NCBI GenBank assembly: GCA_031459535.1 | Contig: JAVKIJ010000059.1 | Coordinates: forward strand, 1-19,514 | DNA from: Candidatus Fervidifonticultor quintus | Lineage (GTDB): Bacteria; Sysuimicrobiota; Sysuimicrobiia; Sysuimicrobiales; Humicultoraceae | Direction: 5' to 3' | Length of the DNA stretch: 19,514 nucleotides | Shown here: positions 1 to 7,158 of the stretch, piece by piece | Numbering within the stretch: the first letter of the stretch is position 1 | Layout of the letters: the number at the start of each line of letters is the position of its first letter | The notes under the pieces: generated by a model | Databases searched by the model: none | The model's input: the letters and a program-made list of their open reading frames with translations, nothing else | What the model was told of the DNA's origin: nothing | Made by a program: the position numbers and the translations under genes

Positions 1-831
1 TATCCGTCCACGGGCCGCAACGCCGTCGAGCCGCCGGAGGCGGCCGCCCGTGCCATGCGGGAAGCGGACGTGGCCCTCCTGATCACGTCCTTCTCCCTCA
101 CGCACACCGCGGCGCGAGAGGACGCGTGCCGGCGTGGTGTGCGCGTGGCCAGCATGCCGCGGTTCGTCCCGGAGATGCTGTATCCTGAGGGGCCCATGGC
201 CGTGGACTACCAGGCCGTGGCGGCGGCCACGGACGCGCTGGCCCGGCTGATCACCGCCGCGACCCACGTGCGCGTTACCACCCCCGCGGGTACCGATCTG
301 GAGTTCAGCGTCGAGGGGCGGGAGGGTCGGTGTGATGCCGGTCTCTATACCACACCCGGCGCCTGGGGAAACCTGCCGGCCGGCGAGGCCTACTGCGCGC
401 CGCTGGAGGGCACGGCGCGCGGGCGCGTGGTCGTGGAGCCGGGCTGGCACGCCAAGCTCACCGAGCCCATGACGATTGTGTTCGAAGGCGGCGAGGTGGT
501 GGCGCTCGACGGTGGCGGCGCGGTTGGCGCCGAGATCGCTGGGATCCTGGAGCTGTCCGCTCGGCCCGAGGCGCTGCGGGGGCGGCGCATGTTCGGGGAG
601 TTGGGCATCGGGACCAATCCCAACGCCCGGCGCACCGACATCACACTGGAAGCCGAGAAAATCAAGGGCACCGTGCACCTCGCGATCGGCGACAACAGCC
701 ACATGGGCGGCGTCGTGGTCGCCGACTATCATCAGGATTTCGTCTTGCCGAGGCCTGACCTGTGGTTCGACGGGCAGGCCATTATCGCCGGCGGGCGCTG
801 GGTCGCGCCGGCCATTGCGACCGCTGGATAG
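1..831 (+). CDS. M29-family (aminopeptidase T / COG2309-type) metallo-aminopeptidase, 5'-truncated
   Basis: The frame is open from base 1 (YPSTGRNAVEPPEAAARAM...), so the true start lies upstream of the window. Motifs TPAGTDL, NLPAGE, GELGIGTN, EAEK..GTVHLAIGDN and HQD supply the full E/E/E/H/H/D dinuclear metal ligand set of M29 peptidases. Stop TAG at 829-831. Confidence 0.85.
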   Translation, partial: YPSTGRNAVEPPEAAARAMREADVALLITSFSLTHTAAREDACRRGVRVASMPRFVPEMLYPEGPMAVDYQAVAAATDALARLITAATHVRVTTPAGTDLEFSVEGREGRCDAGLYTTPGAWGNLPAGEAYCAPLEGTARGRVVVEPGWHAKLTEPMTIVFEGGEVVALDGGGAVGAEIAGILELSARPEALRGRRMFGELGIGTNPNARRTDITLEAEKIKGTVHLAIGDNSHMGGVVVADYHQDFVLPRPDLWFDGQAIIAGGRWVAPAIATAG

Positions 832-869
832 CCCCATCACGGAGACGCGCACCAGGAGGAGGGCACACA

Positions 870-1934
870 ATGGAATTCGCACTGGGAACGGAAGCGCTGA
901 GCGAATACCTCGCATACGAACTGTCGGGCGCGGCGCGCAAGCTCGTCGAACAGGTCATGCTGGCCAAGCCCGGCGAGCAGGTGGCGATCACCGCCGACAC
1001 GGCCAGCGACCCCCGCGTGGTGGCCGCGACGGCCAACGCGGCGTTCGCCGCGGGCGCGGTGCCGGTGGTGCTGTGGTATCCGACGAACCTCACCAGCGGG
1101 CAGGACCCGCCGCGGCCCGTGGCCGCCGCCATTGCCGACAGCGACATCTGGATCGAGTACGCCGTGGGCTACACGCTCTACTCCAACGCGTTTCGCCGGG
1201 CCATGGAGCGGGGTACCCGCTACATCTGCCTCTCGGGCGTGGACGTGGACCTGGTCACCCGCGCGATCGGTCGGGTGAACTACCCGAAGATGTTGGAACT
1301 GGGCCGGACGCTCCAGGCGCTGCTCGGCGAGACTAGGATGGTGCGTGTCACGAGTCGGGCCGGCACCGATCTGGTCGCGGACAATGCCGGCCGCTACGTG
1401 CGACACTCCGGCAAGCTGGCGGACACGCCGGGGGAGCCCATCATGCTGGGCGGTCAGGTCTCCTGGGCGCCCCTGGAGGAGACCATCAACGGCCGCTTGG
1501 TGGTCGACGCTTGCATCTGGCCGCCGGCGGAGATCGGGTTGGTGCGATCCCCGGTGACGCTGGTGATCGAGAAGGGCCTCGTGAAGCGGGTCGAGGGCGC
1601 CGCCGAGGCGGCGGTCTACGAGCGATGGCTGGCGTCGTGGAACGATCCCCACATGTACCGGGTGGCCCACTATTCGCTGGGCTTCAACCCCGGCGTCACC
1701 AAGCCGACCGGCCGCATCGTAGAAGACGAGCGCCTGTTTGGGTGCTTCAACATGGGCATCGGGACCCAGGGCCCCCAGTTGAAGGCCGTGGGCTGGAAGG
1801 CGGCCGCGCACACCGACTGCGTGATGCTCAACCCCACCATTCACCTGGACGACCGGCCCCTGCAGGTGGACGGCCGGTATGTGCTGCCCCAGGTCGCCGC
1901 GGCGTGCCGGGAGCTCGGGGTGCCGGGGTATTGA
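870..1934 (+). CDS. M29-fold metalloenzyme (aminopeptidase-like / NicX 2,5-dihydroxypyridine dioxygenase-like), 354 aa
   Basis: ATG at 870 follows a strong SD (AGGAGGAGG), so the ORF-track start at 762 is an over-extension. The layout matches M29 proteins (KPGEQVAITAD, SRAGTDL, APLEETINGRLVVD, EDER, HTD..MLNPTIHLD), but the metal ligands are altered. Confidence 0.8.
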   Translation: MEFALGTEALSEYLAYELSGAARKLVEQVMLAKPGEQVAITADTASDPRVVAATANAAFAAGAVPVVLWYPTNLTSGQDPPRPVAAAIADSDIWIEYAVGYTLYSNAFRRAMERGTRYICLSGVDVDLVTRAIGRVNYPKMLELGRTLQALLGETRMVRVTSRAGTDLVADNAGRYVRHSGKLADTPGEPIMLGGQVSWAPLEETINGRLVVDACIWPPAEIGLVRSPVTLVIEKGLVKRVEGAAEAAVYERWLASWNDPHMYRVAHYSLGFNPGVTKPTGRIVEDERLFGCFNMGIGTQGPQLKAVGWKAAAHTDCVMLNPTIHLDDRPLQVDGRYVLPQVAAACRELGVPGY

Positions 1935-1938
1935 TCCG

Positions 1939-2637
1939 ATGCCGGCGGTACTCCATGTGATCCCGGTCCGGGCCCGCCCCGGACGAGTGGAGCGGACGCG
2001 CGCGTACCTGGCCTCGCTGGTGCCGGGCGTGGAGGCTTGTGTAATCGATCTCCCCCAGGGGCCTGCGGACCTCGAACACTTCGTAGACGACCACGCCGCG
2101 GTCGGGGAGATGTTGAAGGTCCTGCCCCGATGGGTCGCGCAACACCCCGTGGGCGCCGTGAGCATCGGCTGCTTCTACGATCCGGGCCTGTGGGAGCTCC
2201 GGGAGGCCCTCGAGGTGCCTGTGGTGGGGATCGGTGAGGCAAGCCTGGTCGCAGCCGGTGCCGTGGCCTCCCGCGTCGCGGTACTGGTCGGGGACTGGAA
2301 GTGGGTCCCGAAGATGGCGCAGAACGCCTATCTGGCCGGGGTGGCGCACCGGATCTGCGCGTGGCGGTCGGTGGGCCGCGCGGTGCAGGCCATGCACGAT
2401 GATCCGGAGGCCACGTACCACGCGCTGTGGGAAGAGGGGCGGGTGGCGAGGGACGACCACCACGCTGAGGCGATCGTGCTGGCGTGTGCGGCGCTTTCGG
2501 GCACCGCCGAGCGGCTGGGCGAGGCCCTGGGGATGCCGGTGATCGACCCGGTGGCGGCGGGGTTCGCGCTGGCGTCCGCCCTGGCCATGATGCGGCTGAA
2601 GACGAGCAAACTCGTCGGGTATCGCCCGAAGCCCTGA
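1939..2637 (+). CDS. Asp/Glu/hydantoin racemase family protein (hydantoin/allantoin racemase-like), 232 aa
   Basis: ATG at 1939, 4 nt after the upstream stop. Two catalytic Cys motifs, IGCFYDPGL..LREALEVPVVGIGEAS and AIVLACAALS, plus the C-terminal PVIDPVAA. Confidence 0.85.
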   Translation: MPAVLHVIPVRARPGRVERTRAYLASLVPGVEACVIDLPQGPADLEHFVDDHAAVGEMLKVLPRWVAQHPVGAVSIGCFYDPGLWELREALEVPVVGIGEASLVAAGAVASRVAVLVGDWKWVPKMAQNAYLAGVAHRICAWRSVGRAVQAMHDDPEATYHALWEEGRVARDDHHAEAIVLACAALSGTAERLGEALGMPVIDPVAAGFALASALAMMRLKTSKLVGYRPKP

Positions 2638-2644
2638 GGGCAGA

Positions 2645-2665
2645 GGCCCCCGAGTCGGGTGGGCC
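2645..2665. terminator. GC-rich hairpin between convergent genes, possible terminator
   Basis: GGCC-CCCG-agt-CGGG-tg-GGCC lies in the 35-nt gap between the convergent racemase and P1 peptidase stops. It has no U-tract. Confidence 0.3.
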
Positions 2666-2672
2666 CGGTGGC

Positions 2673-3635
2673 TCAGGAGGTCTCCGCGGCCAGATCTCGC
2701 AGCGCCGGAAAGCCCGCCAGCGACGTCGCTTCCCGCACCGCGCTGCGGATGCTGTCGGCGACCACCTCCGCGGCGACCGGGCCCAGTGTGGCGAACGGGG
2801 CGTCCACCTCGCCCGTGGCCAGGGCAAACAGTGTATCGCCATCCCAGGCCATGTAAACCGGGTTGACCGCGCGTGGCACTCCGGCCCCGGCCATGCGAGC
2901 GAAGATGCCGAGGTCGGTCTTGACCATCCGCGCGTTGGTGGCGACGACCACCAACGTCGTGCCCCGGGACATGGTGGCCACGCCGGGGCTCTCCTGCGCT
3001 CGGGAGTAGAACTCGAGAAACGTCGGCGCCTCGGGGATGATCCGCCGCACGCCGGCGAGCAGGCTCCCGTCCCGATCGTAGATGTCGCCGATCGCATTCA
3101 CCACGGCCAAGGCGGCGACAATCACGCCGCCGGCCAGCGTGTGGCTCGCTGACCCGATCCCGCCCTTCATGACGCCCCGGCGGTTGTACCACTTGCCCAC
3201 CGTGGCGCCGGTGCCCGCACCCACCGTGCCCAGCGCATACGGCCCGGACGCCGCGGCCTGGCAGGCGGCGTACCCGTCTCCTGCCGTCGGGCGGATCTTC
3301 GACTGCGCCACCCGCAGGTCGTAGATGACCGCGGCCGGGACCTGCGGGACATACTTGGCAATCCCATCGTGGCCCTCGTGCTCCTCGAGCCAGCGCAGCA
3401 CGCCGTCGGCTGCCGCCAGCCCGAAGGTAGAGCCACCGGCCAGCAGCACGGCATTCACGTGCGGCCCGGTGTGGAACGGGCTCACGATGCACTCTTCGCG
3501 CACCGCGGCCCATCCACCGCGGATCTCTCCCGCCACCACGGTTCCGGGCGGGCACAGCACGACGGTACAGCCCGTGGCGGCCTCGAGGTGGGTGACGTGT
3601 CCGACCCTGATTCCGGCAATGTCTGTAAGCATCAT
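2673..3635 (-). CDS. P1/S58 (DmpA / L-aminopeptidase-D-esterase-like, DOM-fold) peptidase, ~320 aa
   Basis: SD GAGGAGG precedes ATG ATG (3635/3632). Motifs: LTDIAGIRVGH..TGCTVVL, LAGGSTFGLAAADGV, VPQVPAAVIYDL, GTVGAGTGA, KGGIGSAS, VVNAIGD, TTLVVVATNA, DGDTLFALATG. Confidence 0.9.
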   Translation of the reverse strand: MMLTDIAGIRVGHVTHLEAATGCTVVLCPPGTVVAGEIRGGWAAVREECIVSPFHTGPHVNAVLLAGGSTFGLAAADGVLRWLEEHEGHDGIAKYVPQVPAAVIYDLRVAQSKIRPTAGDGYAACQAAASGPYALGTVGAGTGATVGKWYNRRGVMKGGIGSASHTLAGGVIVAALAVVNAIGDIYDRDGSLLAGVRRIIPEAPTFLEFYSRAQESPGVATMSRGTTLVVVATNARMVKTDLGIFARMAGAGVPRAVNPVYMAWDGDTLFALATGEVDAPFATLGPVAAEVVADSIRSAVREATSLAGFPALRDLAAETS

Positions 3636-3683
3636 GCGCCTCCTCGCAAACGGTCGTCGGGATCGCACGATGTCTGTCCCGGG

Positions 3684-4559
3684 CTACTGGGCCCGCAGCC
3701 GGGGATCCAGCACGTCGCGCAGCGCGTTCCCCAGCAGGTTGAAGGCCAGGACGGTTATGACGATGGCCAGCCCGGGAATGTTGACCAGCCATGGCGCCCT
3801 GAGCATGTAGATGCGGGCGCCGGCCAGCATGGTGCCCCACTCCGGCGTGGGCGGCTGCGCGCCCAGGCCTACGAACCCCAGCGCGGCCGTGCTGAGGATG
3901 GCAGCCGGAAACGCCAGGGTGGTGAGCACGATGATCGAGGCCGCGATGTTGGGCAGAATGTGTCTCCGCAAGATCCGCCCGTGACCGGCACCCATGGCCC
4001 TGGCCGCCTCGATGTAGGCGTGCTCCTTGACCACCAACACCGTGGAACGCGTCAGTCGTGCGAAGCCGGGGACACCGCTGACGCCCACCGCCAGCATGGT
4101 GTGCTCGAGGCTGGGGCCCAGGATGGCGACCACGGCCAGAGCCAGTAAGAGCGTGGGGAAAGCCAGCAGCAGGTCGATGACCCCGACGACCAGCAGATCG
4201 GGAAGCCCGCCGGCGTAGGCCCCCACCAGACCCAGCAGACCGCCGATGCCCAGCGAGATGCCCACCGAGATCGCGCCGACCGACAGGCTGATGCGCGTCC
4301 CATGGATCAGCCGGACGAGGATGTCGCGCCCGAACTCATCGGTGCCGAACGGGTGCCCCGGGCCCGGCGGCTGCAGTCGGTTGCCGATATCGACATCGAA
4401 CAAGTCGGCCGGTGCCAGCACGGGCCCAAGCGCCGCCAGCACCAGCAGGACCGCCACGACGCCGGCGCTGACCCGAAAGCTGCGGTGACGCAGCAGCCGC
4501 ACTCTGATCGTGGCGCGCGGCCGCGTCGAACTGGCCAGGGTGCCGGCTGGGCTACTCAT
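3684..4559 (-). CDS. Peptide/nickel ABC transporter permease, DppC/OppC-like (module 1)
   Basis: HPFGTDEFGRD, EAA loop YIEAARAMGAG..RHILPN, GLGAQPPTPEWG, LRDVLDPR. Overlaps the upstream permease stop by 8 nt. Confidence 0.93.
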   Translation of the reverse strand: MSSPAGTLASSTRPRATIRVRLLRHRSFRVSAGVVAVLLVLAALGPVLAPADLFDVDIGNRLQPPGPGHPFGTDEFGRDILVRLIHGTRISLSVGAISVGISLGIGGLLGLVGAYAGGLPDLLVVGVIDLLLAFPTLLLALAVVAILGPSLEHTMLAVGVSGVPGFARLTRSTVLVVKEHAYIEAARAMGAGHGRILRRHILPNIAASIIVLTTLAFPAAILSTAALGFVGLGAQPPTPEWGTMLAGARIYMLRAPWLVNIPGLAIVITVLAFNLLGNALRDVLDPRLRAQ

Positions 4560-5475
4560 AGCGCACCTGGGGGTTGAGCACCACGTAGAGCAGATCCACC
4601 AGGAGGTTGACGCCGACGGTGGTGAGCGCCACCAGCAGCGTGATGCCCTGGATCATGGGGAAGTCCCGGAACAGGATCGACTTGATGGCCAGTTCGCCCA
4701 CGCCGTGATACGAGAAGACGGTCTCCACGATGAACGCCCCGCCCAGCAAGAAGCCGAACTGCAGCCCGGCCACGGTCAGGACGGGGATGGCGGCGTTCTT
4801 GAGCGCGTGTCGCCAGACGACCACGCGCTCGCGCAGACCTTTGGCGCGCGCCGTGCGGATGTAGTCCGCTCCAAGGACTTCGAGCATATTGGACCGGGTG
4901 AGCCGCGCCAGGATTGCAGAGAAGATCAACCCCAGCGTGGACGCTGGCAGCACCAGGTGCGCCCAGGTCTCCGACCCCATGACCGGCAACAGAGCCAGGC
5001 GGACGCCGAACGTCCGCATCAGCACCAGGCCCAGCCAGAACGACGGCATCGAGACCCCGATGGTGGCCGCCACCATGGCCAGCAGGTCCACCCAGGTGTC
5101 GCGCCGGACCGCGGCGAGGACGCCCAACACCAGGCCCAGGGTGACCGCCACCAGCATGGCCGCGGCGGCCAGGCGTAGGGTGCGCGGGTACAGTACCGCC
5201 AGCTCCCACGCCACGGGCTGGCGCGTGCGGATCGAGGTGCCTAGGTCGCCCCGGGCGAGGCGTGCCATGAAGATGGCGTACTGGGTCGCCACGGGCTTGT
5301 CCAGACCGTACTGTCGTCGCAGCTCCGCCTTCACCTCCGGCGTGGCGAACTGGCCGAAGGTCATGACCTCGATGGGGTCGCCAGGCACCAGCACCCGCAT
5401 GAGGAACGTCAGCACGGTGACACCGATCAGCACGGGCACCATGAGCAGCAGGCGTCGAGTGAGGTATCGCTGCAC
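4552..5475 (-). CDS. Peptide/nickel ABC transporter permease, DppB/OppB-like (module 1)
   Basis: YLTRRLL..PGDP..GLDKP, GDLGTS, MPSFWLG, TRSNMLEVL..DYIRTARAKGL..HALKNA, RDFPMIQG. The start is uncertain: GTG 5475 is preferred by homology to the other two DppB copies, GTG 5508 is the alternative. Confidence 0.92.
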   Translation of the reverse strand: MQRYLTRRLLLMVPVLIGVTVLTFLMRVLVPGDPIEVMTFGQFATPEVKAELRRQYGLDKPVATQYAIFMARLARGDLGTSIRTRQPVAWELAVLYPRTLRLAAAAMLVAVTLGLVLGVLAAVRRDTWVDLLAMVAATIGVSMPSFWLGLVLMRTFGVRLALLPVMGSETWAHLVLPASTLGLIFSAILARLTRSNMLEVLGADYIRTARAKGLRERVVVWRHALKNAAIPVLTVAGLQFGFLLGGAFIVETVFSYHGVGELAIKSILFRDFPMIQGITLLVALTTVGVNLLVDLLYVVLNPQVRYE

Positions 5476-5488
5476 AGTGACGTCGCGG

Positions 5489-5523
5489 GGCGCCCGGGGC
5501 GAGCTCACCCCGCCCCGAGCGCC
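5489..5523 (-). promoter_or_regulatory. Intercistronic 13-bp stem-loop between the binding-protein gene and the first permease gene
   Basis: The minus-strand RNA reads GGCGCUCGGGGCG-GGGUGAGCU-CGCCCCGGGCGCC, giving 12 Watson-Crick pairs and one U-G pair with a 9-nt loop. Confidence 0.6.
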
Positions 5524-5548
5524 TGCCGGGTGCCGATCTCGCCGTTGG

Positions 5549-7126
5549 CTACCTCTTGATGCGGGCGTCCTCCAGGACCAGGAACCCGGCGCCGTCCGTG
5601 CGGATGCCCTCGGTGTCGGCCCGCGTGAGGAAGACGCCCCAGTTGAAGCAGATGGGCACTACGCCCGCGTCCTTGAGCAGGAAGATCGCGGCCTCCTGAA
5701 TGGCGGCCTTGCGCTTGGCCACGTCCAGTTCCTCGTCAGCCTTGGCGAGTAGCCGGTCGAGTTCGGGGTTGCAGTACCCGTTCTTCCAGCCCGGGCACTT
5801 GAACACCAGGCTGAGCATGATGGGGTCGGGCCAGGCCCACCACATGAAGTTGATGTTGTGCCGGCCCTCGGGCAGCCGCTGCAGGACCGTGGCTACCTCG
5901 AAGACCTCCATTCGCACGTCGAAGCCGGCGCGCCGCAGGTACGATTGGATCACGGTTCCGCCCTTGAGGCCGTTGGGCAGCGAGTAGGTCCAGAACACCA
6001 GGGTGAGCGGTTTGCCGTCTTTCTCCCAGAAGCCGCCCGGGCTACGCTTGTAGCCGGCCTCGGTGAGCAACTCTCTCACCTTGGCCGGGTCGTACTTGTA
6101 CCCGTACTTCTGACCCAGGGCGGGGTCGTATCCCAGGTGCGCCGGTGGGATGATGCCCGGGTTCGGCGTGGCCAGCCCGGAATAGGCGGCACCCGCGATG
6201 TCCCGGATGTTCACCGCGTGCGCGATGGCCCGGCGCACCCGGATGTCGTTGGTGGGCGGCAGCTTGGGGTTGATCTCGATCATCGAGAGGTTCGTCACGT
6301 TCTTGTTGATGACCACGTTGAACCGTTTGTCCTTCTGCAGCCGGAAGACTTCCTCGAGAGGTGCGTCGCCCACGTGAATGGTGCCGGTTTCCAAGCCGGC
6401 GACGCGGGCACCCTCTTCGGGCACGATTCGAATCACCAGGCGATCCACGGCCACCGGCCCGCGGATCTTGACGTCGCCGCGGGTGGGGATGTAGTGCTCG
6501 TTGCGCACCAGGTGGATCTCACTCCCGGGCACCCAGCGGTCGAACCTGAAGGGCCCCGAGCCCACGGGATTGCGCATGAAGGCATCCCCCAACCGGCGGA
6601 CAGCGGTGGGCGAGACGATCCCCATGTACGCCAGTGCCAAGTTGGTGAGGATCGGCGCAAAGGGGCGCTCGAAGGTGAAGCGCACTGTGGCGTCGTCGAG
6701 GGCCTCGACAGACCGGATGGGCCCCAGCGATCCCCTGTGCGGGGAGCGTGTGGCGGGATCCAGGATGCGGTTAAAGGTGAACGCCACGGCCTGGGCATCC
6801 ACCGGTGTCCCGTCGTGGAATCGGTGGCCGCGGCGGAGGCGGAACGTGATGACCCGCCCGCCCTCACTGGTCTGCCACGACTCGGCCAAGTAGGGCTTCG
6901 GTCCTTCCTTCTCGTCGATGTACACCAGCCGCTGGTAGATGTGCAGCATGGTCTGGTGCGCAGTCAACTGGATGATGCGCTGGGGATCCAGCCCCGCGGG
7001 CTCATCCTGAATGGCGAGCCCCAGTACGGTCTCCCGCTGTGCCGACACGGGCACGGCAGGGGTGACCAGCAGGGCTGCCGCAAAGACCGCCACGAGACCT
7101 CTCGACGGAACGCCGCGCAGCCTCAA
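5549..7126 (-). CDS. Family-5 (DppA/OppA-like) ABC substrate-binding protein (module 1), ~525 aa
   Basis: Likely TTG start at 7126 after SD GAGGAGGAGG. The 695-aa ORF-track version overlaps the M20 gene. Signal peptide ...AAALLVTPAVPVSA; family-5 signature PYLAESW..FRLRRGHRFHDGTPVDAQAV; PVGSGPF; VRRAIAHAVN. Confidence 0.92.
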   Translation of the reverse strand: MRLRGVPSRGLVAVFAAALLVTPAVPVSAQRETVLGLAIQDEPAGLDPQRIIQLTAHQTMLHIYQRLVYIDEKEGPKPYLAESWQTSEGGRVITFRLRRGHRFHDGTPVDAQAVAFTFNRILDPATRSPHRGSLGPIRSVEALDDATVRFTFERPFAPILTNLALAYMGIVSPTAVRRLGDAFMRNPVGSGPFRFDRWVPGSEIHLVRNEHYIPTRGDVKIRGPVAVDRLVIRIVPEEGARVAGLETGTIHVGDAPLEEVFRLQKDKRFNVVINKNVTNLSMIEINPKLPPTNDIRVRRAIAHAVNIRDIAGAAYSGLATPNPGIIPPAHLGYDPALGQKYGYKYDPAKVRELLTEAGYKRSPGGFWEKDGKPLTLVFWTYSLPNGLKGGTVIQSYLRRAGFDVRMEVFEVATVLQRLPEGRHNINFMWWAWPDPIMLSLVFKCPGWKNGYCNPELDRLLAKADEELDVAKRKAAIQEAAIFLLKDAGVVPICFNWGVFLTRADTEGIRTDGAGFLVLEDARIKR

Positions 7127-7158
7127 TGTACTCCCCTCCTCCTCGCGTGATTGGCGGA

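Noticed and set aside
870-2637. Calling this a bona fide nicotinate/2,5-dihydroxypyridine (nic) degradation cluster
   Set aside because: There is no adjacent flavin monooxygenase, molybdenum hydroxylase or maleamate amidase in the window. The racemase resembles hydantoin racemase rather than maleate isomerase, and the alpha/beta hydrolase is 13 kb away in another operon.
1828-3840. 670-aa minus-strand ORF and other long alternative-frame ORFs (837..2165, 1841..3097, 5858..7150, 10807..11910, 15477..16742, 15751..17277, 17537..18646, 17713..18858)
   Set aside because: They are Arg/Gly/Pro/Ala-rich translations with no motifs that overlap well-supported genes. Such shadow ORFs are expected in high-GC DNA, where stop codons are rare.
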